Source: Octopus vulgaris
Taxonomy: Eukaryota
Assembly: GCA_951406725.2 (NCBI GenBank)
Contig: OX597830.1
Location: 31,000,001-31,064,000, forward strand
Reading direction: 5' to 3'
DNA: 64,000 nt
The position numbers were made by a program, and so were the translations under genes. The notes under the pieces were generated by a model. The model was not told the origin of the DNA, ran no database searches, and saw nothing but the letters and a program-made list of their open reading frames with translations. Position 1 is the first letter of the stretch. Each line of letters opens with the position of its first letter. This document shows, piece after piece, positions 1-13,391 of this stretch.

Positions 1-734
1 CATGGTCTCTCTGTGCTATGCACATATATACATAATGCATATATGTTTTCCATCATATTTTATTGGTAGGGATATTTTTTTGTTGCAAATTCAAACACTT
101 GGGAAAATTCTATAATATTTCTACTAGCCACACCTGTTCTTAGCAAGCTTCTAAAAGTGGCCACAACCATCACACACTGGCTTTTAAAAATATGAAGCAG
201 GAATAGAGATAAAAAAATAAATTGTTAAAATTTTAAGGAATCAATACTGTCCTTACCAACATGGAAATCTTGTATTATAAACCTAGTGCTACAAAATGTT
301 TTATAAAGGCACCTTGAAATATGTTTCAAAACCGCAGGTAAGAACTTTACTTTAAGCCACTGACTGAATTCATTAAACAAGCCACACAACCCACCCAGGT
401 ACTGACCTATTTTCAACCTTAATTTGCCACTACTTCCAGCAAAACAACAAACCAGAATAACAAAAAAATAATAATAAATAAATTGAAACAAGAGAAAATT
501 AGACTTGTCCCTGCTTCTCAACAATGAGCAAGATGATGATGATGATGATGATGAATGGTGGAAATGAAATCCCTGCCCACTACCTCAAAACCAAAACAAT
601 GAATGAATGGAGAAGAAAAAGGAGAGGAGGAAATGAAGCTGGGAGTTAAAGTAAGCTTAGTAAATATAATATAAAAAAAAAAGCAATTAAAATGTCTCAA
701 ATTCTTTATTACCTGCACCATTCATATACAGAAA

Positions 735-805
<71 letters not shown>

Positions 806-2219
806 CACACACACATATATATATAGACATACATATATACACAATGCTCAGGTCAAATGGGTACCTGCAATAAATACTGAAATCCTTAATTCTACCCATC
901 TACCCATCACCTAACACCTTTACACCCTTTGCAACACAACACAACATTGCTATATATACATAGTAGTTTTATGTTTGTTTCCTGTAGTTTTGCTTGGTTC
1001 GTTGTTTGTTGCTTTTTACTTTTTACAAGATATTTTTTACTGAATGTATATGAAACAGTTTTTCACATGTATATGACAGTTTGTGTATGGAGGAGAAAAA
1101 CAAGACAGAGGCAGACAGACAAACGGACAGACACATGAAGGACAGGTGAAACCCTTCTTTTCAAACATCATTGGTTTTGTTCTATCTTTATTGAGAAGTG
1201 AAAAAAGAAAAAAAGATAAGCAACAACTTTACAAAAAAAAGAACAACAAAATGAAATGAAGAAGAGGACTAAAAAAAAAATAATAAATAACATAAGAAAA
1301 GAAGGCAGAACGGCAATTTACACCTGAAATCTTTTGTATTGAATTTCATAGGATGCAATTAAAAACAGCACAGCACACATAATGTGTAAGGATTTGTGTA
1401 TATGTGAATCTATCCTTTTATAAAGGGAGGAGATTTACTGCTCTATCAACTGACCAACACAGACAGACACATATTCCACAAAGTACACACAGCTATACAA
1501 CTCTGACCCCTAAGCACAATCTGCTCCCAACAACACAACATGAAATAAAATAAAAGTGAAGCCAAGAAAAACAAAATGTCTATAAAGCCACACATCCCTC
1601 TGCCAACAGGCAGCAAAGACACAAAGCGCCAGGGACAAAGGTGAGGCGTATTGTTCTCTTAAATCCATAAAAAGAAAAACCAAGTAAAACAGACTTTCAT
1701 CATAGGTATTTTGATCAGAGGCTCCTACAGTGGTCTCACAACAAAGGTTAAAGGGTTAGGTAAGGTCTGGAAGAGGGAGATAAGATGGAAGATGGGTCAC
1801 AGGAGGCCCTCTTGTGTGTATGAGGCAGCCTTTCATTTCTCTTATCTCCAACCCAGCACTGTTTTACATTTGTTTATTCATTATTTCCTTTGCAAATTTA
1901 TTATTATTTTTTTTTCCTTGTTTCTCACCTAGGAGGCAGGTTAACAGTGGAAAACAAGATGATAGACAGGTGAGTGAGAAAGAAGACAAACAGACAGACA
2001 AGCATGACCTGGTCACTTATAAGCAAGGCTCATATTTTTGTGATTACTATGGAGAGGAGAACAATGAAAGATCATGAAACAGTAGCAAGGAGCAAGGGTA
2101 CAGAGAGAAATTCAAGAAATGAGACAGGGAGAGAGTGAGAGAGAGGGAGAAGAAATGTGCATATGTATGAAACAGAAATAGAAAAATAGTGACCAGCCAT
2201 ATAGTTAGGCACAGGTATT

Positions 2220-2430
2220 TTAACTCCTTGGCATTTAATCTGGCCATATCAGGCTCAAATATACTACTCGTTTTATGTTGATCATAGTTAAATCTGGCCT
2301 CTCACACCTAGCCTACAATGTCATTCTGAAGATATACAATCACATCACTGAAATCTCAAAGCTACAAGCTAATGCATGTGAATAAAGTTTCATTGCCTGT
2401 GAGCATCTTGGACAGGTCTAATTAAAGGTG
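2220..2430 (+). mobile_element. Decayed TTAA-type MITE of a second family
   Basis: Begins ttaactccttggcatttaatctggccatatc and contains tctggcctctcacacctagcctacaatgtcattct, which I recall as a common octopus MITE body. The right end is poorly preserved. Confidence 0.45.
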
Positions 2431-2689
2431 TTTCCATACCAGCAGAGTTCATCTTGGATTAGCAATTCCCTACCACCCAGTAGCACTGCCAGGTCATTTG
2501 ATTTTCAATGATGCCCAGAGTTTCTAGATGTCAAGTACCCCATAAAATCTGGTCTGACAAAGAGCAACCATACCTGATCAATGTCCAGGAATTGTCCCTT
2601 TCTCAGTGCATGTCTATGCATCATAAGCCACAGCATGCCCAGTACTCCAAAAACGAATAAGGATGATGGTGGTGATGATAGTAGTTTCT

Positions 2690-2845
2690 GATTTAAGCAC
2701 AAGGCCAGCAAATATGAGGAGAGACAGCTACTCAAATAGCACAAATCTCAGTACTTGACTGGTACTTTGTTCTGTTGAGCCCAAGAGATGAAATGTAATG
2801 TTGACCTCAGCAGAATTTGAACTCAGAAACACAAAGATAACAACA
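2690..2845 (-). mobile_element. SINE family B, reverse orientation, decayed
   Basis: gcacaaggccagcaaat...gactggtact...gttgacctcagcagaatttgaactcag. Confidence 0.65.
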
Positions 2846-3586
2846 ATTGATGAAAAAAAGCTTTAATAACACAAACTCTCATTTCTTTTAAAATATGAAA
2901 ATATGATTTGTATATCTACAAAATCCCCAGACACATCAACTACAACTACCACCACAACTATCAACACCACTACTAACCAATTAGAAGAACTACAACTCTG
3001 TTCGCAAAAACTAACTCTACTCATTCATTCCTTTTTTTTTTTTTTAAATATATTTTTTTTCATGGATCCCATTTCCTCATCAAAATGGTCAGATGGTTCA
3101 GTTTGAAAAAAGTTCATTAAAATTTAGCAAGTGAATATTTCTAATGAATCTATTTCATTTTAATTTCAAATTTTTTTTTTTCCCCTAATTTTTATTATTT
3201 GTCAAAACCATTGGACCATACAGCCATATTCACACCCAGCTGCCCTTATAAAAAATCATCCTACAAAAAAAAAAAAAAAGTCACCTTGCCACCACCACCA
3301 CCACCACCACAAACACCCCCCTTGATTTAAAAAACCTCACCCACCCCTCTACCCTGCTCTAGTTGCCACATTTTAGCCCCCACACCACTGGCTATATTTT
3401 TTTTTGTTTCACTTTTCTCCCATCCAACTAATTAACTTAGGCATTTGCACTGTTTGGATCATCACCTCCCATTCTCATCATCATTAATAGTGTTATTATT
3501 TTGGTTATTATAATTTACATTTAATAATAATACAGATAATTTTATCATTATTGTTTTATACTGACAACACTCATTTCAGCCTCTGA

Positions 3587-3636
<50 letters not shown>

Positions 3637-4429
3637 CATCATCATGCTATTCAAATTCTTCACAAAAGATTTAATAAGAGAGAAAGAGAGAGAGAGAGAG
3701 AGAGATGCTGAGAGAAAAAGGACCAAATCCTATCTTGAAGGTAGCAACATATATTCAATGGTGGTGCGATGGTGGGAGGAGGGGGAAGAGAAAGAGAGAA
3801 AACAATGAATGAGTAATGTACAATATTTTTTTTAATGAAAAATACATTAAAATTTTAAGGAAAAATAGGAAAAAAAGATTTTTATTGTTTTAGAAGAAGA
3901 AAAGAAAAAAAAAGAAAAGCGAAGGAAGAACAAAAGTAGTGAGAAATCCTGTGGAAGAGAATAGCAAGGTAAAGAGAAAATAATTAAAGATACATGGATT
4001 GACAATTATATTTAGAGATATGTGTTGTTGTGTGCTACTTACAGGAACCTGAATCAAAGCTGAGCTAAAAACCCTGTGGCTCAAGGAGACACACACCCAC
4101 ACACACACACACATATATACACACACCCATGAAGACATGCACACACACACACACACACGCATGCATGTGTGAGTGACAAGTTAGAAGAAACAACAGGAAG
4201 AACTGGAAGATTGAAAAGTCATGGTCTTTGAGAGATGAATATATATATATATATATATATATATACTGAGATAGATAGATAGAGAGAGAGAGATAATGAG
4301 TGTATGTGCACATATACGAGTGTAAGTGTGTGTGCATGGATAGGTGTCTGTGTGTGGAAAATGATTTCATTATTTTAGTTAAGATTTTCGAAATGCTGAA
4401 ATGATATGAGGGAAAGACAGGAGTGGAGA

Positions 4430-4800
4430 GGAGAAGGATGGGTCGTGGGTTAAGTGCAAGCCTCTCAGATGCTGAGTCTGCGTCTCAACAAGCAAGCAGC
4501 ATTGAGCCAATTGACACGAAGATGTCAATGTATGTACATATTTCTGCTTGCATATATGTGTATGTATATGCATGTATGTGTAAATGTGTAAGTGGTTCTT
4601 TGAATATCTTTTTTGCTTTTGTTGTTTTCGGTCGTTTTTTTTTTTTTTTTTTTTTTTGTAGAAACGAATGGCAGTGTCCAATTGATCGACAGAACAAAAG
4701 AAACTGCTTGCCAGAGACAATTCTGCTGCTAAAGACCGGCACCTCGAGACTTTCCGTCCGGATTATGTCGATGTTTTAAATACGAGGGGTGGGGAAGAGT
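4430..4800 (-). promoter_or_regulatory. CpG-retaining promoter-like block
   Basis: Many CpGs at 4660-4785, a CCAAT motif at about 4508 and flanking GA tracts; a minus-strand donor CCT|GTAAGT follows at 4043. Confidence 0.3.
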
Positions 4801-4831
4801 TGTAATTTGTCAGGATGTGGACAGGGTGAGA

Positions 4832-4863
<32 letters not shown>

Positions 4864-5121
4864 AAAATAAGGAAGAAGGAAATAAACAAAATTTTTCAAA
4901 ATGAAAACAAAAAAAAAAAAATGGAGAAAAAAATTTTATTAGGGAGCGAGGGACAGAGGGAGAAAGGGATGGAATGGTAAAGAGATGATAGTAGATGGAG
5001 TGAAGAATAAGATGCGGAATTTGTAATTGTCCTTGTGCTCCTAGAACCAGTCAACACTCCAGGTCCTGTACACATACGTGGATTAATAGACAGACAAATA
5101 TACTGAGAAATTATTAGAGAT

Positions 5122-5178
<57 letters not shown>

Positions 5179-5913
5179 GTTTAGATAAACAGAAAGCATA
5201 ATGGTTGGATAACTGTAGTGAGACTGATAGACATATAGATATAATGGAAGGAAAAGGAAGGGTAGGAAGAGGGGAGTAAAGATAAAGTAATCTACTTTTA
5301 TAATTAAAAACAAAAACTCAAACATATTCTTAAAAATACGTAAAACAAAACAAAAACTAATACATTTAAAAAAAAAACCTATGAGAAAAAGATAGAATAG
5401 AATAAGACACTGGGAGAATGAGAAAGAATAATAAAGAGACAAGGAGCGAAAGAGAGAGAGAGAAGGATCGAGAGAAAGAGAGGAGTGAGTGAGAGAGAGA
5501 GAGAGAGAGGAGAAAGAGAGAGAAAGACAGGGAGGAGGAAAATCTGTATAAAGAAATGAAACAGAATAAATCAGTCTATCATATGATAGCATCAGGCTAA
5601 TGAATAGGAAAACTTTGTTTCCATGACAACGAAATCAGCCAAATTATATTAAAAGACATTATACACACAAACATACACACATTTTATAGCTGCACTGTGT
5701 GTTTATATATGAGTCTGCATGTGTTTATATATGCTTATATGTGTCAAAGTTCTCTTACTACATCTATTTATCTGTCTATCTATATATCTCTCTGTCTGTC
5801 TGTCTGTCTATCTATCTCTCTATCTGTCTGTCTGTCTGTCTATCATTTGCTCCTCCTGATGGAAATAACACCATTATCATCAACATCAACACCATCACCA
5901 CCCCGACAAATGG

Positions 5914-5944
<31 letters not shown>

Positions 5945-6405
5945 AGGGTGGCAGGATGGAGAAAAAGGCTGGAAGAAGGAAGAATATTAATTCAAGGCAT
6001 CATTGTTCAGGTGCTTACTATAAGGGAGAGTAGTAAAAGGCAGGAGGAGAGCTGAGGAGAGCTGACAACAATGCTTGGGAAGTCAACAAAAATATCTAAG
6101 ACAGCAAAGGACAACAAGCTCAGCAGCATGTGACAAGAACAACAACATCAGCATCATTGTCAGGAACTGCAGCAGCAGCAGCAAACAAATACAAATAAGA
6201 AAGGCAAAAAAAAACAAACATAATTCCAAAGCATATAAATATGCATATGTGAGTGCACGTGCACATATATACGCATGTGTTGAGATACTTCAATAATATA
6301 TATTCACTCAACACCTGCTAGAATGAGAAAATGGTCAAACAATGAATGAATATATATACATGCATATATATATATATATACACACACAAAGACTAAAATC
6401 ATATT

Positions 6406-7146
6406 TGTGCGGTAAGAAGCTTGCTTCACAACCACATAGTTCCAGGTTAGGTCCCACTGAAGGGCACCTTGGGTGTTTTCTACTATAAGGCTGATCAAAG
6501 CCTCGTGAGTGGATTTGATGGACAGAAACTGAAAGAAGCCCATCATATATACATGCATACATATATACACATATGTATATAGATAGATAGCTAGATAAAT
6601 AGATAGAGGAGAATGTATGTCTTTGTGTCTCTGTTCCCCATCATAGCGTGACAACTAGCGTTGGTGTGTTTACATATCTGTAACTTAGCAGTTTGGTAAA
6701 ACAGACAAATCAAATAAGCATCAGGCTTTACAAAAAAAAAAGAAAGAAAATATTAAGTAGTTGAGGCAATTTCTTGTTGTTTGTTCCTTCTCGAACCATA
6801 CCTGGCTCATAAAGGCTGGTTTCCCGGTTTCATTGGCATATAGGTTCCCCACTTGGATGGGATGCCAGTCCATCTCAGATCAGTTGCTCGATGCAGGAGA
6901 AAAGAGTGAGAGAAAATTGTGGCGAAAGAGTCAGAAGTTTGTACCTTCTGCTGGAGCCACATGGACCTTAGGTGTTTCGTTCATAAACACACAATCACCT
7001 GGTGTGAGATTCGAACCCGTGATCCCTCGATCACGAATCTGCTGCTCTAACCAATCGGCAATGTACCTCCACTGGAGGCAATTTGCACAACTAAAATTCT
7101 TCAAGGTGGTGCCCCAGCATGGTCACAGTCTAATGACTGGAATAAG
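6406..7146 (+). mobile_element. SINE family A copy interrupted by a nested SINE
   Basis: Aligns with 11450-11858 on both sides of the insertion at 6773-7072. Confidence 0.8.
6773..7072 (-). mobile_element. Distinct tRNA-derived SINE, nested, with target-site duplication
   Basis: Minus-strand head GTGGAGG...TTGGTTAGAGC...GGGTTCGAATCTC (A and B boxes) and an AAC-rich tail. TSD t(t/g)gaggcaattt at 6761-6772 and 7073-7084. Confidence 0.85.
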
Positions 7147-7262
7147 GCATGTGCATGTGTGTGTGTAAGTATACACACATGCCTGAAATATATATATAGG
7201 TATATGCACACTATGGCTAGATACAAATTACACTGATTACATGCATGTATGGCTTAGACTAA

Positions 7263-7402
7263 AGCATGACAGTGTGGTTATGAAGCTGACTGCTACTACA
7301 TGGGCTGGGGTTCCATTCCATTGCATAGCACCTTGAGCAAGTGCCTTGGGCTGACCAATTTTTTGCGAGTGAGAACAGGAAGATAGAAACTGCAGATAAG
7401 CC
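7263..7402 (+). mobile_element. SINE family A, decayed 5' part
   Basis: gtgtggttatgaagc...gcaccttgagcaagtg...agaaactg similar to the 11450 copy. Confidence 0.6.
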
Positions 7403-7406
7403 TATA

Positions 7407-7474
<68 letters not shown>

Positions 7475-8046
7475 GAGACACATAGTAACAGTGCAGCAGT
7501 AGTACCAACATAATGAAATGATAATATAGAAGTTGCAGACAAAAATAATGATATAAAAATGAACAAACAAAACTAATTACAATAGTATATTGGTGATGGT
7601 GTTAACTAATGATAAATTGGCAAGTAAAATTGGTGGTGGCTTCCACAAGGCTGAATTTGGAAACCTCTTTCGCCCAAAAATCGAATACTGGGTGTCTTAT
7701 CTTAAAACTTTGATTCTATTCAGGTCGAATTTGCTGTTCATCTGATTAAAAAGTAGCAGTGATCTACAAGTGCTGGGGTCAGTATATTCAAAGCAACAGC
7801 ACTTATCAAGGTGGTGCTCCAGCATGGCTTTAATCCGGTCATTGAAAGTAGTAAAGATGTAAATGGAATATATAAAAGAACTGAATAAAACAAGAAATCA
7901 GTGGATTGCAGCACTACAGGTTTCTTATCAGAAAAGGTCATCTTGTACAGTGGAGAGTGAAAGAGAACAAACGTTAGTTTTGCTCATTGTCACTTCTGAG
8001 ACATTGTCTAAGACCACAACTATATATAACTACATATATATATATA

Positions 8047-8282
8047 CTGGGTGACCCAAAAGTAGATTTACAGTTATCACGTAGGTACTTTAAATTTCTT
8101 TTAAAAACATTTTATTACATTGAAATTTCTATCTTACAAACTGAAAAGGGAGCTTGACAAAATGAATTAAATTAGCATAGAATAATGGTTTCATATTCTT
8201 TTATAATTAAGATCTAAACTGTTAATATATGAATGCGAAAGAGATAGTTGAATACCTGTAAACCTACTTTCGGGCCACCCTG
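8047..8282. mobile_element. Tc1/mariner-derived MITE (~236 bp)
   Basis: 27-bp TIRs CTGGGTGACCCAAAAGTAGATTTACAG and CTGTAAACCTACTTTCGGGCCACCCTG, with TA on both sides and an AT-rich non-coding interior. Confidence 0.85.
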
Positions 8283-8892
8283 TATATACATATGCACAAC
8301 AAGCACATGTAGGCAAAATATCTTACTGTATGCATTTGCATATTAAATGAGAACCTATGGAAGACACCAAATGTGGTCAAGCCAATGAGAGAGTCTCTAG
8401 AGGGGAAGAGGGGGTCACTTGACCTACTCAATAATAGAAACAAAATTTCCCTCAAATCAAACCCTATTATTTTAAACTATGAAGGGCATATAAGATAATG
8501 TAGTGTTGGATATAACATGTCTGAAAAAAAACCCAGTATTATCAATCACAGTTGAAACATTAGTGACCAAAACTCAGAACAGACCAAAAGCTAAACAACA
8601 ACCATAACACAAATGCCACACACACACACACACAATGCACCCAACTGCAACCAGGAAATATTGGACAGGATTTTGTCAAACAAATTTACAAGTGAGTTAA
8701 GTAAGTGGAAGGAAGCTAGTAAGATTGGGTTGGGTGATAAAGAGGAAAGCACCGATCGAAAGCATTACTGTTTTCAAATGAGGTTAGTATTTGTTATCAT
8801 CAAGTTAGTTCAGTTAATTCATCTGTAAGCTAAGCGAACGTGTACAGTGGTTGGTAGTGGTACGGTGGAAATGATGGAGTGCTGCCACCTAC

Positions 8893-9045
8893 CTGTGGGA
8901 GCTGAACCAGTAGAGAGGAGACAACTAGTGTTCAGTAGCGAAGAGTTTGAGGGAGCCAGCGAAGCAGTGTGGTTTGCAACCTCTGACTCCTGAGTGGTGT
9001 CGGCCTGTTGAGGAGCGTTTTCTTCATCTAACTCAGGTTCACCAT
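8893..9045 (-). CDS. Internal coding exon (153 nt, phase 1-1) of an unidentified large minus-strand gene
   Basis: Minus strand shows a branch-point-like ACTAAC, the acceptor tattttgcag|, an open non-repetitive frame (D/N)GEPELDEENAPQQADTTQESEVANHTASLAPSNSSLLNTSCLLSTGSAPT and the donor ACAG|GTAGGT. GC content is above the flanks. No protein family recognised. Confidence 0.72.
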
Positions 9046-9453
9046 CTGCAAAATATTGCAGTGCGTTAGTTGTGCTTATAGCTGTGCTGGTGGTGGTGGT
9101 GGTGGTGGTGGTGATGATGAGGATGATGATTATGATGAAGGTGGCATAAATGATGAGGGAAAGGGTTGCAGTGAGAGAGGGATTCTGAATTAGGGTTGCA
9201 AATATTAAAATAACCTGCGTACCGTTTTTGAAGTCATAACTATGATGATGATGATGATGATGAAGATGATGATGATGATGGTAATGATGATGATGATGAT
9301 GATGATGATAAGCAAAAAGGTAAGAAACAACAACAACAACAACAATAGCAGAAACTGTTTCGTTGTGTAATTAGTAACTGGGTGCATATAGTTTTCTTTG
9401 TGTGCTTATACACTTGTTGGTGTACGTACAGATTCACACACAAACTCACATGT

Positions 9454-9485
<32 letters not shown>

Positions 9486-10276
9486 ACACAAACCAAAGCG
9501 AGTGCTGGGTTTTAAGCATACAAAATTGTGGCCAGCTCAGTAGATAACTTGTTAAGTATATACGTTTATGCTATTGCTCATACACAACATTAATAAATTA
9601 TTGAAGTAAAATAAATATAAAAGCAACGTCTATATATAAATAGATAAGAGCTGTGAATTAATATTTCATTTCAAATATATCATCAAGATTATGGGACATA
9701 GTTTTCATATGTGTAATAGACACACACATGAGCACACGTACACACATTAAAACATAGAAACCAACATACAAACATATACATAATACAAGCAGATCTGATC
9801 TTATCTTTGGCACAGTTTTACCCAGAAAACTTTAGTATAGAAATAACCAATCAGTGCTGAAGATAACAGAGGGGGGAGAAAAAAAAAACAACAACAAAAC
9901 AAAAACAACAGAAATTACAACAACCATGACAACTAGCACTGCTATTACCATTACTAAATTACTGAGCAAGAGCAAGAGAATCACAGACAGAAGAGGACAA
10001 GAGAGAGAGAGAGAGATATAGAGAGAGAGAGGATAGTAATATGGTTTTTCTTTTTGTAAGGAGAAGAGAGAAGAAAAAAAAAATCATTTCAGGGTGAAGA
10101 ATATAAATAAATAGAAGGAAAATTATCTCAAACAATGTGTATGTATGCGCATAGTGTATAAATATATGTATATGTATATATTTATACAGATAGATAAGAA
10201 GGAATTTAGTACTTTATAGCCTGTCTCTAATTAATAAATTTGGAAACTATGTATGCCAGTTTTGTATGTATGTGTG

Positions 10277-10312
<36 letters not shown>

Positions 10313-11449
10313 GACAACCAACACACACACACTCACACGCATACACAGAAAACCAACACACACACACATAAAGGAATTTGGTACTCTCTGGTCTGTGTCT
10401 AATTAACAAATTTGAACCTCCCACTACCATCACAAAGCTAAGGAATTTATATTCTTGTAAAGCAACAGCACCACTCCTACTCCCTCACCACACAACCTTT
10501 TGGGTGGCTGGGTTTACAGGGTGAGGTAGTGGTGGATGGTTAGTGATACAGATAAAGAAGTATTGGAGTTCTTCTGTCTTTTCCTTTCCTGACTGGTGGG
10601 AGAGATTAACAGACAAAAAGTAGAATCTGGTTTCCGCAAAAGTTACACAAAGTTACTTTTGAGATTAAAAATAAATAAGTGGAAATAAAATTAAGGTTTT
10701 TCACTATGTGGGGAAAAGAAGCCTAAAGAGAAAGGAGGTAAAGATTTTCTAGTCAAAATAATGAACACTGGTAAGGTTGGTTGTTAGTGCTGCTGGTGGT
10801 GGTGGTAGTGGAGATTAGATTTGTTTCTTCTTGGTGGTTGTTGCTTGCTATGTTCTGAAGTGAAAATACACTGTACAATTACAGGAAGAAAAAAAAAAAA
10901 AAAAATCAAATTTCAAAGTGGCAGGTTAATCCAGAGGGCCACGCCCTTTTCTAACCATTCTGACAACATCAGAACTATATATAACAGGACATATGAATGT
11001 GTACCACACACTGGAGTACTAAAGGTTAGATATAAAAAAAATAGAGTTAATCCCTATTTTTTTTTTTTTTTTTACTTCTAAGTTGTTTTCTTTTGTGTAT
11101 ATTAAAAGAAAATGTATGTATGTATGTATGTATGTATGTATGGATGGATGTTAGAGTGCCCATTTATTTCAGTGTTTGTTACTTTAGGGGTGTATATATG
11201 TATAGAAATGTAGGTAAGGGACATTATTTGGGAAGTTAGACCTAGCTACAGACAGAAATAACAGTCTCCCACAACAACTAATTTTATCTATTGTACCAAA
11301 CACACTAAAGTTCTGTGTATATAACTAAATACATGTTACACTTAAGACATAAATGTGTTCTCTATCACTTGCCACCCGGAATTTTTATGTATTTACTTTT
11401 TTGGTTATTCTGTTAAACCCTGTTTGTTTATATAAGTTCTCATCTAATA

Positions 11450-11858
11450 GGTACAGGCATGGCTGTGTGGTAAGAAGCTTGCTTTCCAACCATATGGTTC
11501 CGGTTTCAGTCCCACTGCATGGCACCTTGGCCAAGTGTCTTCTACTAGAGCCTCAGGCTGACCAAAGGCTTGTGAGTGGATTTGGTAGATGGAAACTGAA
11601 AGAAGCCTATCACACACACACACACAAATATATATATATATATATATATATACTTAACATGTGTATGTTTGTGCCATTGCTTGACAACTGATGCTGGTGT
11701 GTCTGTGTCCCCATAACTTAGCAGTTCAGCAAAAAAGACCGATAGAATAAGTACTAAACTTACAAAAAATAAGTCCTTGGGTTGATTTATTCGATTAAAC
11801 CCTTTAAGATGGTGCTCCAGCCTGGCCACAGTCAAACGAGTGGAACAAATAAAGGAAT
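11450..11858 (+). mobile_element. tRNA-derived SINE, family A (near full length)
   Basis: A-box-like TGGCTGTGTGG, B-box-like GGTTTCAGTCCC, CORE-like ggcaccttggccaagtg, internal CA/TA tract and 3' ggtgctccagc..ggccacagtc. Paralogous to 6406-7146 and 7263-7402. Confidence 0.85.
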
Positions 11859-13107
11859 AATATATCTATACAAGCACGCACACAAAATAAAATGTCTTGG
11901 TTTATAATTTGTATGTGTGTGTGTGTGTGTGTGTGTTTGAAAAAGGGAGGGATAGACAGACAGAAAGTGTATGTATATGTACATGTTGTATGTGTGCGTT
12001 TATATGCATGCATGAATACATAGAAACTCATGAACTTATATTCTGGGAAGTTCTGGGCAAAACCATTAAGGATACCAATGATATTCTAAACAGAGGCAGG
12101 CTCTCAAAATACAACCACCACCATCAGAACAACAGCCACTACATCAATTATCACTGTTACTAAGATTACTGTTAATCTCCCACTACCCAACCATTAGCAA
12201 AAACCTTCACTAGCCTCATCATCAATACCACCTTACATTACCATGGGGACAGTTAAAACCCCACAGCCACAGTTACCAAAGCTCTTGATTCCACCAGCAG
12301 CAGCAGCAGTATTGCTATAACTTTAATCTCAGAATTGTAAAAATAAATAAACAAAAGAAGGGGTAGGTTGTTAGTAGTTGAGATGATTGGGGCTAAGATA
12401 AAAAAAAAAAAAAGAGGAAACTGCTTATCCAACCCCTGCCCTACCATAGAGCCCTCTCCTTGATGCTGGAATGGAACAGAAAAGACCCTGACACCTTCAT
12501 TCCTTTGCAGACAAAACAAATGCTAAATAAAATAAAATACAGTAAAACTCTACTCCATCCCCTTCTCTCCCCACTTACCTTGCTTGTCTCCTTCACACAC
12601 ACACACACACACATACAGAACAAAACATTAACATGCTATGTAACCCAGCCTTCTTCCAATCCCATTTGTAAACACCCTTCCATATCTATTTCCTCAGTAG
12701 CAGGGTCTCAGAGAAAGAATTTAGAACATGAGAGAGAGAGAGAGAGTGGGGAGAGAACACTGACACACACAAACACAGATATACAAAGAAGAAAGGGAGG
12801 GAAAGAGAAAAAGAGAAGTCAGAATCTTCCATATACAAATAAAAAGAGATATAGGTTGAAAGGAGGTAGCCGGAGCAGTAAAGATCTCAATGCTCTACAG
12901 TGTTAAGTTTCCTCCCACCTGAGCCTGGGATCAAATCCTGTCAGCAGTGGATCTTCACTTTCATCCTTTCAGCTTCAATAAAATAAACACTAGTAATACA
13001 CAATAGGGTCTGAGGGAAAACATGTTTATCATGGGACTTTAAAGTTATTCATGTTGCTTAAAGGCTGTGCATGTGAAAATGTATGGTGATAGAACCAAGA
13101 CAGAAAT

Positions 13108-13144
<37 letters not shown>

Positions 13145-13185
13145 CACAGCCAGCCACTTACTTAAACATGAGATAAGACAAGAGA

Positions 13186-13391
13186 GCCGCTAAATGATCT
13201 GTAGAAATAGCAGCCAAATCTATACTTAGTCACATTCTAATTATCTAAAATAAAAGAGAGAGGACACAGTAAATAATGCAATGCTAGGATACTGTGTCTG
13301 GAAAAAAAAATGACAGGGTTGTAACAGCTGGAGCCTTTTGATCAGAGGTATGTTTGATCAGGGCTGACCCAGGGCTAGTCAAAAGCAACAT
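13186..13391 (+). mobile_element. Retroposon 3'-tail family C (representative copy)
   Basis: tagaaatagcagccaaat...ggacaca...tttgatca...gatcagggctgacccagggcta. Related copies at about 14474, 16075, 22545, 61773 and 63348 (+) and about 19010, 39428, 41500, 47790, 49886 and 57125 (-). Confidence 0.7.

Noticed and set aside
712-871. Minus-strand ttgcag|...ATGAATGGTGCAG|GTAATA possible exon (MNGA)
   Set aside because: It is mostly (TA)n; plausible, but too weakly supported to list as a feature.
4661-4779. Plus-strand exon after poly(T)-GTAG (NEWQCPIDRQ...)
   Set aside because: All frames stop quickly, nothing is recognisable and no partner plus-strand exons were found.
6995-7072. tRNA gene
   Set aside because: It is the tRNA-derived head of a TSD-flanked SINE.
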